A stretch of 55,526 bases of DNA from Syntrophales bacterium (GCA_035506495.1 DATJPI010000294.1:1-55526); one strand, 5' to 3'. Shown: positions 15,774 to 23,815, counted from the first letter of the stretch. The notes: generated from the letters alone by a model not told the origin. Program-made: numbers and translations.

Positions 15774-17456
15774 TCAGGGTTCTCTTTCTTCTCTTTTTTG
15801 GGACATCCTTCCGATGGCCGCGTCGACGTCGACACGGAACAGGTAAAAATTGCTGTTGCAACTGGTCTGGCAACTCGATGCCATGGGAAATGTCCGGTAA
15901 CTTTCCTTGTCATAGGGATTCCCCCACCGGGCGACAAGGGCCGGACCGGCGCTCCAAAGATAAAGGTTGCTGACGTTATGTTCCTGCAGGGTCTGAAGGA
16001 TCCTTTCGAAGTCGACTTCCTGCGGGGCAACCAGATAAGCGCGCTCGAAGAAAAGCGGACCTGCGTGCTCCATCAGCGGGGCGCCTGTGAATACGACGAC
16101 ATCCCCCTTTGCCGAGTTCTGTTCCAGGAAGGCGACGCGCCTGGCGTTGTAGTCGGTGTATTTCATGAAGGGATCCTTTACCCACTCGTATCCACCGGCG
16201 ATGGAGACGGCCACCGCAAAAACCAAAAGGCCCGAAACCGCCGGAGCTGCAAATATCCTCCGGCTCTCGATGCCCATAACGACGATAGCGACAGGAATGA
16301 CCGGCAGATAGAAGAGGCGGACATAATCCGACTCGTTTTTCAGCACAGTAGCGACCTGGGTGAGACAGAGCAGAATAGCGGCTGAGAGGATCAGGCCGAG
16401 AAGAACTTTCTCTTTCTTGATGGCATCGAAAAAACTCGCAGGCAGGCCCCAGAAAGCGAACAGCAGTGTTGGGAACAGTAACAGGAAGGGGATCAATGAA
16501 AAACGGGCCGACGTGACGAGGACAACGGCAGACAGAAGCAACAGGGAAACAAACCACGCTCCCGCCATCGGAAAGTTCGGCAATGACCCCTTTTGTGCTT
16601 CGCACAAAAGCGCCGCCGAGAGGACAAAAGCCCCCAGAAAGATCAGAACTCGGATCGGGGAAAGGGCGAGCCAGGGTGCGAGAGATTCAAGGTACGGCCC
16701 GGGAAAGGCGCCGTAGAGCATGGCCTCCGAGACCATCCAGAGCACCGCAGCCGCGGCGGCCCCAGCCGCGAACAGACCCGCTTCACGCGATTTTTTCCCG
16801 GCTGCGAGCAAAGAGGTGCCGGCGATTGTCCAGGCCGCGGCCATGAAGAGAAACGCCGGGCATAAGAAGAGAGTCAGGCCCATTGAGAACGATGATCCGA
16901 AGAGGATCATGGGCGCCTGTTTGATACAGACATATCGAACGATCCCGTACAGGGCCAACGCCTCCAGGAAGAGAGCCGCCGTGACCTCGGAGAACCCGAA
17001 GATATTCAGGGCAACGGGAGATCCCAGAAAGGCAAGCAGAAGGAGATACTGCAGCACACTCCTTTCCATGACGAGACCGAGGGCCATTTTGAGCATGATC
17101 GCCGTAAGAAAAAAGAACGCCAGCGGAAGAAGGTGCACCGCCCGGTCACCGAACAGCGGGTAGAAGAGGCTCGTCAAAAAGGGAAACAGCGGCGGTGTGA
17201 TCGCCCGGAGCTCGCCCCTCTTGGATTCGAAGTAACCCGGTTCTTTCGTCAGATCGTCGGCCGTGAATCCCATCTGCTGCGCCGGATAAGGAATGGAGAG
17301 GGAGCCATGCAGGGCGAAGTTCTTCATCTGGACGAACTTGGCGCCTTCCTCGTTCGAGTAGAGCCCCAGCGACGGCAAGTGAAAGAACAACGCTGCGAGC
17401 GCCACGAACAGGGTAATGAAGAAGATTGTCTCGTATTTTGAGAGCCGGTTCAGCAT
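15774..17456 (-). CDS. Polytopic membrane protein, ArnT/PMT-like (GT-C fold) glycosyltransferase candidate
   Basis: 560-aa ORF with more than 10 hydrophobic segments, an acidic first loop (YSNEEGAKF) and a soluble C-terminal domain. The family assignment is by overall architecture only. Confidence 0.5.
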   Translation of the reverse strand: MLNRLSKYETIFFITLFVALAALFFHLPSLGLYSNEEGAKFVQMKNFALHGSLSIPYPAQQMGFTADDLTKEPGYFESKRGELRAITPPLFPFLTSLFYPLFGDRAVHLLPLAFFFLTAIMLKMALGLVMERSVLQYLLLLAFLGSPVALNIFGFSEVTAALFLEALALYGIVRYVCIKQAPMILFGSSFSMGLTLFLCPAFLFMAAAWTIAGTSLLAAGKKSREAGLFAAGAAAAAVLWMVSEAMLYGAFPGPYLESLAPWLALSPIRVLIFLGAFVLSAALLCEAQKGSLPNFPMAGAWFVSLLLLSAVVLVTSARFSLIPFLLLFPTLLFAFWGLPASFFDAIKKEKVLLGLILSAAILLCLTQVATVLKNESDYVRLFYLPVIPVAIVVMGIESRRIFAAPAVSGLLVFAVAVSIAGGYEWVKDPFMKYTDYNARRVAFLEQNSAKGDVVVFTGAPLMEHAGPLFFERAYLVAPQEVDFERILQTLQEHNVSNLYLWSAGPALVARWGNPYDKESYRTFPMASSCQTSCNSNFYLFRVDVDAAIGRMSQKREEREP

Positions 17457-18592
17457 GCTGCCTCCTGTCTCGCCTGACCGATCAGGAGCGACCGATCCGG
17501 CAGTTTTCCGCCGTCGGACAGGAAATTCCGGAGGCAGGAATCCGGGGCGGGATGGTTCACCTCACCCGTTATTGTGTAGGCAAGCCCCGCGCAGCTTCCC
17601 GTGCAATAGGGGATGTAGTCACACCCCTGGCAGAAGGCAAACGTGCTCAAGGCAATGAGATTGCGCTCTCGCAGGGTCTTCAAGGCGATGTGGTTTTGCC
17701 AGATATCACGAAGGCTGTCTCGGTTGACCCGGCCCAGCTCGATATGGGAGAGCATGGTGCAGGGTGTGATGGCCCCGTCAGACCGTACGGCCAACTGGCT
17801 TGAATAGCAGCCGCAGCCTGTGAGGCTGCCCCGATTGGGCAAAGACGGTACCCCTGCCTCTCTTGCCGCCGCCATCTCCAGCCAGCCCCGCGCCTCGGCC
17901 AAGGGTCCCGCCATGGCGCTGATCCGGTCACCATACCTCCCTGTCAGCTTAAGAAGGGTTTCCATCGCGAGCATGCGATCTTCCGTTGTGAGCTGCACCA
18001 GCTCGGCGTTCTTGCGGCAAAGCCCGAGAAGCCCCGCAGAATTGGTACCGAAGCTCGGCAGGCCCAGCTCCTCAAGAAGAAAATGAGCTATGCTTTCCAG
18101 GTCGTGAACATTTTTGCGGTGAATGGTTACGCGAATGGCGATGTTCACACCATGCCGCTGAAGTTTCCGGATACCCTCGACAGCCTTCCGGAAGCTGCCG
18201 TTTCCGCGGAATGCATCGTGGGTGGTCGGGACGGATCCATCGATAGAGACCTGCACATATTCGCACCGCCTGGTGGAAGCCAGATACGATGCCATCTCGT
18301 CGGTGATCAGCGTGCCGTTGCTGAGGATGGAAAAGCGCATGCGGTTCCTGACAATGCCCTCCAGGATCTCCCGGAGATCTTCCCGGATGAAGGGCTCGCC
18401 GCCCGCCAGGGTCAGGTTCATGACGGCGCAGCGATTGAGCTCCTCGAAGAATGGCAGCCACCCTTCCAGGGGCAGGTCCTCGCCCGCATCCTCGGAACTC
18501 TCGAAGTGGTAACAGTAGCGGCACCGCAGATTGCAGCGGTTGGTAATAGCGATATCCAGCTTTTTCGGAGTTTTCATCAGTGACATGGACAT
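17450..18592 (-). CDS. Radical SAM/SPASM domain protein (PqqE-like peptide maturase)
   Basis: Has CNLRCRYC and a canonical SPASM motif: CYSSQLAVRSDGAITPC plus CQGCDYIPYCTGSC. The track ORF opens at 18742 inside the PqqD gene. ATGs at 18592 and 18586 lie just after the PqqD TAG and an AAGGTG Shine-Dalgarno sequence. Confidence 0.88.
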   Translation of the reverse strand: MSMSLMKTPKKLDIAITNRCNLRCRYCYHFESSEDAGEDLPLEGWLPFFEELNRCAVMNLTLAGGEPFIREDLREILEGIVRNRMRFSILSNGTLITDEMASYLASTRRCEYVQVSIDGSVPTTHDAFRGNGSFRKAVEGIRKLQRHGVNIAIRVTIHRKNVHDLESIAHFLLEELGLPSFGTNSAGLLGLCRKNAELVQLTTEDRMLAMETLLKLTGRYGDRISAMAGPLAEARGWLEMAAAREAGVPSLPNRGSLTGCGCYSSQLAVRSDGAITPCTMLSHIELGRVNRDSLRDIWQNHIALKTLRERNLIALSTFAFCQGCDYIPYCTGSCAGLAYTITGEVNHPAPDSCLRNFLSDGGKLPDRSLLIGQARQEAAC

Positions 18593-18599
18593 CACCTTG

Positions 18600-18968
18600 C
18601 TAAATCCGGTTCTCCTGCCCGCCTGTTGCCTCATAACCCACAAGCCCCTGCGTCTCGAGACCGCGGATGAATTCGCCGACGTGCTGTTGCGCATCCTCGG
18701 GAACATCCGTCGCCTCATTTCGCAGCTCTCGGACAATGTCATCCGGGCTGTGATTCCCGTCGAGAAGCTTCCAGATGAAAACCCCCGTCGGGTTCAGGCC
18801 GAAGGCATTGCCCGTGTCGGGATCGAACAGAATGGCCCAGTCATCGAATTCCTCGCGGAGAACGATGAGTGGATTGGCATACGCGTTTCTTTGTTCCACG
18901 GCTGTTTCCTTTCTTAAAGGGTGGGATCCCGTCGCTCGGCACTCCTCACTGTCAGGGCCGCCCCCCAT
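18600..18968 (-). CDS. PqqD-family protein (RiPP recognition element)
   Basis: 122-aa ORF. The C-terminal part WAILFDPDTGNAFGLNPTGVFIWKLLDGNHSPDDIVRELR fits the PqqD family. It lies immediately upstream of a radical SAM/SPASM gene. The exact start is uncertain. Confidence 0.75.
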   Translation of the reverse strand: MGGGPDSEECRATGSHPLRKETAVEQRNAYANPLIVLREEFDDWAILFDPDTGNAFGLNPTGVFIWKLLDGNHSPDDIVRELRNEATDVPEDAQQHVGEFIRGLETQGLVGYEATGGQENRI

Positions 18969-19019
18969 CCGGCTTGGGTCAGTCCCGATCGACAGACAAA
19001 TTCGTATTCGCTAAGAGTT

Positions 19020-19036
19020 TTGCAAGAAGCGTACCC
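19020..19036 (-). promoter_or_regulatory. Candidate sigma-54 (-24/-12) promoter for the RiPP-like cluster
   Basis: The minus strand reads GGGTAC-GCTTC-TTGCA against the consensus TGGCAC-N5-TTGC. GG and GC have correct spacing. It lies about 50 nt upstream of the PqqD ATG. Confidence 0.3.
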
Positions 19037-19063
19037 GGCGAAAATGGCTTGTATTTTCGCCGG
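19035..19063. promoter_or_regulatory. Perfect 11-bp inverted repeat in the divergent intergenic region
   Basis: CCGGCGAAAAT-GGCTTGT-ATTTTCGCCGG, with no flanking U-tract. It abuts the -24 element of the candidate sigma-54 promoter and could be an operator or an RNA hairpin. Confidence 0.35.
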
Positions 19064-19141
19064 ATGGGGGTTGCACTTCCGCGGGAAAAAGGGTATGTCT
19101 GAAACGTCTTTGCGATCCCCGCCTGACAGGACCAACAGAGG

Positions 19142-20428
19142 ATGGACAAGTTCGATGTCATCGTAGTGGGAGCGGGCCTCGCGGGCCTCGCGGCGGCATA
19201 CACCCTGGCCGGCGAGGGGGCCGAGGTTGTCGTCCTGGAACGCGGTGACTATCCCGGCTCGAAGAATCTCTCCGGCGGCCGAATCTATCTCAATCCCGTT
19301 CGCGAGCTCTTCCCCGGTATTTGGGATGAAGCGCCCCTTGAGCGATCCATCGTCCGCGAAGGGGCCACCCTCATGGCGCGCAACCGCTCCTTCACCGTCC
19401 ATTACACCGGAAGCGATCTGCGCACCTCCCCTCCCCAGAGCTACAGCATCCTGCGCTCAAAGTTCGACCGGTGGCTCTCCGAGAGGGCCGAGGAGCGGGG
19501 GGCCATGATCCTCGCCAAGACCCTCGTTACGGACGTGATCCGGGAAAACGGAAAGGTGGCCGGCGTGATTGCCGGGGGCGATGAGCTGCGGGCCGACGTC
19601 GTCATCGCCTGCGACGGCGTGCTCTCCCTGATCCCCGAAAAGGCAGGCCTGAGGGCGCCCGGGCGGGCACACGACTTTGCCGTCGGAGTCAAGGAGGTCA
19701 TCCAACTCGACCCCGCCGTGATCAACGATCGTTTCCATGTCGCCGACGGCCAAGGAGCTGCGCACCTGTATGTGGGGGATATGACAAAAGGCCTCTTCGG
19801 AGGCGGCTTTCTTTATACGAACCGAGACAGCGTGAGCCTGGGGCTTGTCACCGGGATCGAGGATATTGCGAAGGAAGAGGCGGCAGGAGAGTTCCCGGCG
19901 CTTTTCGAAGCCTTCAAGGCCCGTCCCGAAATCGAGCCGCTCATCCGGGGCGGAAAAACAGTGGAATACGGTGCCCATGTGATTCCCGAGGGCGGCTACC
20001 GCTCTCTCTGTCCCCTTTTCGGAGACGGGATCCTTGTGGCGGGCGATTCGGCGGGATTCGCCTTGAACTTGGGATTCACCGTCCGCGGCATGGAGTACGC
20101 GATGGCGTCGGGTTACTTCGTAGCGAAGGCCGTTATCCAGGCAAAAGCGGCAGGGCGCTTCGATGCCGCAACGCTTTCCGTCTACCAGAAATACCTGGAA
20201 GAGAGCTTTGTCATGAAGGATCTTCGGACGTTCCAGGAGACGCCCCGGGTGCTATCGAACCCGCATCTTTTCGGCCATTACCCGGAGCTCGTGGGAAATT
20301 TGCTGCGCGATCTTTACACCGTGCCCGCTGGACCCAAGTCGCCCATATTCACAACCCTGCGCAAACACTTGACCCTGAGCCAGCTCTGGACCCTGCTGAT
20401 GGATGGAAAGGAGGTCATGAAGATATGA
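19142..20428 (+). CDS. fixC: FixC-type FAD-dependent ETF-quinone oxidoreductase
   Basis: 428-aa ORF with the N-terminal DVIVVGAGLAGLAAA Rossmann motif. A fixX-like gene follows with a 4-nt overlap. Confidence 0.8.
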   Translation: MDKFDVIVVGAGLAGLAAAYTLAGEGAEVVVLERGDYPGSKNLSGGRIYLNPVRELFPGIWDEAPLERSIVREGATLMARNRSFTVHYTGSDLRTSPPQSYSILRSKFDRWLSERAEERGAMILAKTLVTDVIRENGKVAGVIAGGDELRADVVIACDGVLSLIPEKAGLRAPGRAHDFAVGVKEVIQLDPAVINDRFHVADGQGAAHLYVGDMTKGLFGGGFLYTNRDSVSLGLVTGIEDIAKEEAAGEFPALFEAFKARPEIEPLIRGGKTVEYGAHVIPEGGYRSLCPLFGDGILVAGDSAGFALNLGFTVRGMEYAMASGYFVAKAVIQAKAAGRFDAATLSVYQKYLEESFVMKDLRTFQETPRVLSNPHLFGHYPELVGNLLRDLYTVPAGPKSPIFTTLRKHLTLSQLWTLLMDGKEVMKI

Positions 20429-20700
20429 GCGACCTGAAGGCCAAGCTGGGACTCAACGTCTTCAAGCCGCTGCCGGAGCCCCACATCAAGATCCGCCCGG
20501 GCATGGAGCGCGATGCCCGCCTGAAGGCGGCCGTGCGGGCGTGCCCCGCCGGCCTATACAGCGCAAATGATCAGGGTGAGATCACGCTTACCATTGACGG
20601 CTGCCTCGAGTGCGGCACCTGCCGCATCGCCTGCGGCACCGAGGTTCTGGAATGGAACTACCCCGAAGGCGGAGCAGGCGTGCAGTTTCGATTCGGCTAA
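20425..20700 (+). CDS. fixX: FixX ferredoxin-like protein
   Basis: 91-aa ORF with CPAGLY...GCLECGTCRIAC. Confidence 0.8.
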   Translation: MSDLKAKLGLNVFKPLPEPHIKIRPGMERDARLKAAVRACPAGLYSANDQGEITLTIDGCLECGTCRIACGTEVLEWNYPEGGAGVQFRFG

Positions 20701-20815
20701 CGCGGGATTCAGGCTCAAATGCGGGAACTGGGTATTGTCGTTTTTTATTGTCCATTCCCAATTTCCCAATTATCATTTACTAAATACCCAATTACAGTCT
20801 TGCAGAAGGAGGGAA

Positions 20816-21961
20816 ATGACGATGAATTTCAAGCTAACCGAGGAACAGGAGTTAATCCGTAAAAACATCCGGGAATTCTGCGTGAAGAACGTAGAGCCCA
20901 TCGCCGCGGAGATCGACGAGAAGGAGATTCACCCGGCGGAGCTATTCAAGAAGCTTGCTGAGGGAGGCTGGATGGGCATCCCGATCCCTGCGCAGTATGG
21001 CGGATCGGGCTCTGATTACCTGACAAACGCCATCGTCGTTGAGGAGCTCGCGCGCTCGTGCTCCTCGACGGGGTTCACCGTGTCGATCCACGTAGGGATC
21101 GCCTGCATGCTCATCAACATCTTCGGCAACGAGGATCAGAAAAAGAAATTCCTCACGCCCCTGGCAACGGGTCAGCACCTGGGTGCCTTCGTACTCACCG
21201 AACCCGGCGCGGGAACCGACGTCATGGCCGCCACGACGACTGCCGCCAAGGATGGCGATTTCTATGTTCTCAACGGCACGAAGACCTTCATCTCCAACGG
21301 TCCGCTGGCAGACACGTATCTCGTCTTCTGCTGGACCGACAAGGCGGCGGGCCGCAAGGGCATGAGCTCCTTCATCATCTCCAAGGGGACGCCGGGCCTC
21401 AAGCCGGGCGAGCACTTCCACAAGATGGGGCTTCGCTCCTCGCAGACTTCCGAGGTCGTCTTCAAGGACTGCCGCGTACCGAAGGCAAACCTGCTCGGCG
21501 TCGAGGGCGCGGGCATGGTGAACGCGGGTGCGGCCTTCGATCACGGTCGCGTGGGCATTGCCGCCCAGGGCGTGGGCATTCTCCAGGCCGCCCTCGACGA
21601 ATCCATCCAGTACTCCAAGCAGCGTGTCCAGATGGGGAGCCCCATCGCGCGCCACCAGGCCATCTCGTGGATGATCGCCGACATGGCAACGGACCTGCAG
21701 GCCGCGCGTTTCCTCACTTACTATGCCGCCTGGCTGAAGGACAACAAGCAGCCCTTCACCAAGGAGGCCTCGATGGCGAAGCTCTTCGCCGCGGAGAAGG
21801 CCATGCACCACACGACCAAGGCCGTCCAGATCCACGGTGGCTACGGCTACATCAAGGGGGCCAAGGTGGAGCGACTCATGCGCGACGCCAAGATCCTGGA
21901 GATCTATGAAGGCACCTCAGAAGCCCAGCGGATGGTCATTTCGGGCACGGTGCTTCGCTAA
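20816..21961 (+). CDS. Acyl-CoA dehydrogenase
   Basis: The N-terminus MTMNFKLTEEQELIRKNIREF is preceded by GAAGGAGGG. The C-terminus is IHGGYGY...ILEIYEGTSEAQR. The track ORF opens earlier, at 20567, inside fixX. Confidence 0.9.
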   Translation: MTMNFKLTEEQELIRKNIREFCVKNVEPIAAEIDEKEIHPAELFKKLAEGGWMGIPIPAQYGGSGSDYLTNAIVVEELARSCSSTGFTVSIHVGIACMLINIFGNEDQKKKFLTPLATGQHLGAFVLTEPGAGTDVMAATTTAAKDGDFYVLNGTKTFISNGPLADTYLVFCWTDKAAGRKGMSSFIISKGTPGLKPGEHFHKMGLRSSQTSEVVFKDCRVPKANLLGVEGAGMVNAGAAFDHGRVGIAAQGVGILQAALDESIQYSKQRVQMGSPIARHQAISWMIADMATDLQAARFLTYYAAWLKDNKQPFTKEASMAKLFAAEKAMHHTTKAVQIHGGYGYIKGAKVERLMRDAKILEIYEGTSEAQRMVISGTVLR

Positions 21962-21965
21962 AAAA

Positions 21966-22056
21966 CAGGGGCCAGGGTTGAGGGTTAAGGGTCAAGGAAA
22001 GAAAGGTTTCATCTTGTTCTTCACCCTATGCCCTATACCCTTTACCCTATACCCAT
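21966..22056. repeat. Two inverted heptanucleotide arrays, (RAGGGTY)x5 and (TACCCTW)x5
   Basis: The G-rich array (21966-22000) is CAGGGGC CAGGGTT GAGGGTT AAGGGTC AAGG. The C-rich array (22022-22056) has CCC triplets every 7 nt. The arrays are imperfect reverse complements and lie between acd and etfB, ending 6 nt before the etfB Shine-Dalgarno sequence. Confidence 0.9.
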
Positions 22057-22072
22057 TTATCGGAGGCATATC

Positions 22073-22843
22073 ATGCCAACCATTGTGGCCTGCTTCAAAT
22101 GGGTCGTCGACGAAGCCTATATTCGCCGGGGGGCGGGGGGCGCCCTGGACTTCTCGGCGGTAGACTACAAGATCGGCGAGTATGACCGAAACGCCATCGA
22201 GGAGGCCGCACGTCTCCGGGATGCCGGGGGCGGCGGGAGCGTCATCGGCATCACCATCGGCGCCCCCGAGTCCGCAAAAGGGGTGAAGGACGGGCTCTCG
22301 CGCGGAATGGACCAGGCCTTTTTCGTTTCCGACCCCTCTTTCAAGGACCTGGAACCCTCGCAGACGGCAGCGATCCTTGCCGAAGTCATACGCACGCGCA
22401 TCCCGCAGTACGATCTCATCACCTGCGGCGAGGGGTCGAGCGACCTCTACGCCCAGCAGGTGGGGCCGAGACTTGCCGAGCTTCTCGGCATTCCCTGCGT
22501 CTGCTTCGTCCAGAAACTCACCCTCGAGGGCGGAAAGCTCAGGGCCGAGAGGCGCGTCGAGGACGGTGTAGAGGTCGTGGAGACGCCGCTTCCGGCACTC
22601 GTAACAGTGCTTCCCGACATCAACACCCCCCGCATCCCCGGCGTGAAGGACACGCTGATGGCCGGGAAGAAGCCCGTCACGACCGTCAAAAAGGAAGAGC
22701 TTGCGGTCGGTTTCGAAGGAATGCTGAAGACCGCGGCCATGACAGCGGCAAGCCTGGAGCGGACGGGGGAAAAACTCGCGGCTGATGCGGCAGGGATCAC
22801 CCATTTTGTCGATTCATTGCGCAAGAGCGGCCTGATCCGATAG
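22073..22843 (+). CDS. etfB: Electron transfer flavoprotein beta subunit (FixA-like)
   Basis: The ATG at 22073 is preceded by GGAGG. The N-terminus is MPTIVACFKWVVDE. The track ORF opens at 22028 inside the repeat array. Confidence 0.88.
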   Translation: MPTIVACFKWVVDEAYIRRGAGGALDFSAVDYKIGEYDRNAIEEAARLRDAGGGGSVIGITIGAPESAKGVKDGLSRGMDQAFFVSDPSFKDLEPSQTAAILAEVIRTRIPQYDLITCGEGSSDLYAQQVGPRLAELLGIPCVCFVQKLTLEGGKLRAERRVEDGVEVVETPLPALVTVLPDINTPRIPGVKDTLMAGKKPVTTVKKEELAVGFEGMLKTAAMTAASLERTGEKLAADAAGITHFVDSLRKSGLIR

Positions 22844-22853
22844 GGGGGAAATC

Positions 22854-23801
22854 ATGGCTGGAGTTTGGATCATAGCGGAAACGCGGGAGCAGGCCCTGGA
22901 GCTGCTCGGGGCCGGCCGGTCACTCGCTGCGGACATGGGGGCGGCGCTGACGGCCGTCGTCAGGAAGGAGTCCGGTTCGTCCGAGGAGTACATCGCCTGC
23001 GGGGCCGACGACGTCCTCCTGCTGCCGGAATTGCCTCCGGAGCAGCCCTTCGGGGCCTATCTGCCGGTGATTGAAAAGGAGGCAAAGGAAGGATCCCCCG
23101 ACCTTGTTCTCTTCAACGCAACGGCAAGAGGAAAGGAGCTGGCCGCACGCCTGGCTGCACGTCTGAACTGCGGTCTTTGCAGCAGTTGCATCTCCCTTGC
23201 CTTCGACAAGGCTGCGGGAGCGATCGTGATGGAGCGGCTGGCCTACGGCGGCGCCGCAGTGCAGAAGCTCACTTCATCGGCAAAACCTGCCGTGGTCACC
23301 GTTCCTCCCCGGACCTTTGAGCCCGCCCGGCTCTTGGATGGCAGGCAGGGAAAAACGCGGGAACTGTCCGCCCCGCCCCCGTCGGCGGTGAGAATCATCG
23401 AAAAAAAACCTAAGGAAAAAGTGGCAAAGGATATCACCGAGGCGCGGGTGATCGTCTGCGCGGGGCGCGGATTCGATAAGAAAGAAGATCTTGCGTTAGC
23501 CCGGGAGCTGGCCGAAGCGCTGGGCGGAGAGCTGGGCGCCACAAGGCCGCTGACCGAAGAGATGCACTGGCTCCCGGCGGACCTTTGCATCGGACTCTCG
23601 GGCGTTCAAATCAAACCGGAGCTGTACGTGGGCCTGGGCGTATCGGGCCAGGTCCAGCACATGACGGGCGTGCGGGGCGCAAAGGTGATCTGCGCCGTCA
23701 ACCGAGACGAGAACGCACCCATCTTCCCGCTTTCCGACTTTGGAATCGTGGGCAACCTCTACGAGGTGGTGCCGAAGCTGATCGCAGAGCTGAAAAAATG
23801 A
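22854..23801 (+). CDS. etfA: Electron transfer flavoprotein alpha subunit (FixB-like)
   Basis: 315-aa ORF with a typical ETF-alpha C-terminal FAD-binding region (VICAGRGF...IGLSGVQIKPELYVGLGVSGQVQH). Confidence 0.88.
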   Translation: MAGVWIIAETREQALELLGAGRSLAADMGAALTAVVRKESGSSEEYIACGADDVLLLPELPPEQPFGAYLPVIEKEAKEGSPDLVLFNATARGKELAARLAARLNCGLCSSCISLAFDKAAGAIVMERLAYGGAAVQKLTSSAKPAVVTVPPRTFEPARLLDGRQGKTRELSAPPPSAVRIIEKKPKEKVAKDITEARVIVCAGRGFDKKEDLALARELAEALGGELGATRPLTEEMHWLPADLCIGLSGVQIKPELYVGLGVSGQVQHMTGVRGAKVICAVNRDENAPIFPLSDFGIVGNLYEVVPKLIAELKK

Positions 23802-23815
23802 CGTTCCCCTCGGCG

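Noticed and set aside
3734-18968. The cluster considered as a lasso peptide, lanthipeptide or thiopeptide/LAP cluster.
   Set aside because: I could recognise no Asn-synthetase-like lasso cyclase, no transglutaminase-like B protein, no LanB/LanC/LanM/LanKC-like ORF and no YcaO or cyclodehydratase. Only the HprK-like and NTP_transf_5-like tailoring genes are shared with some lasso clusters.
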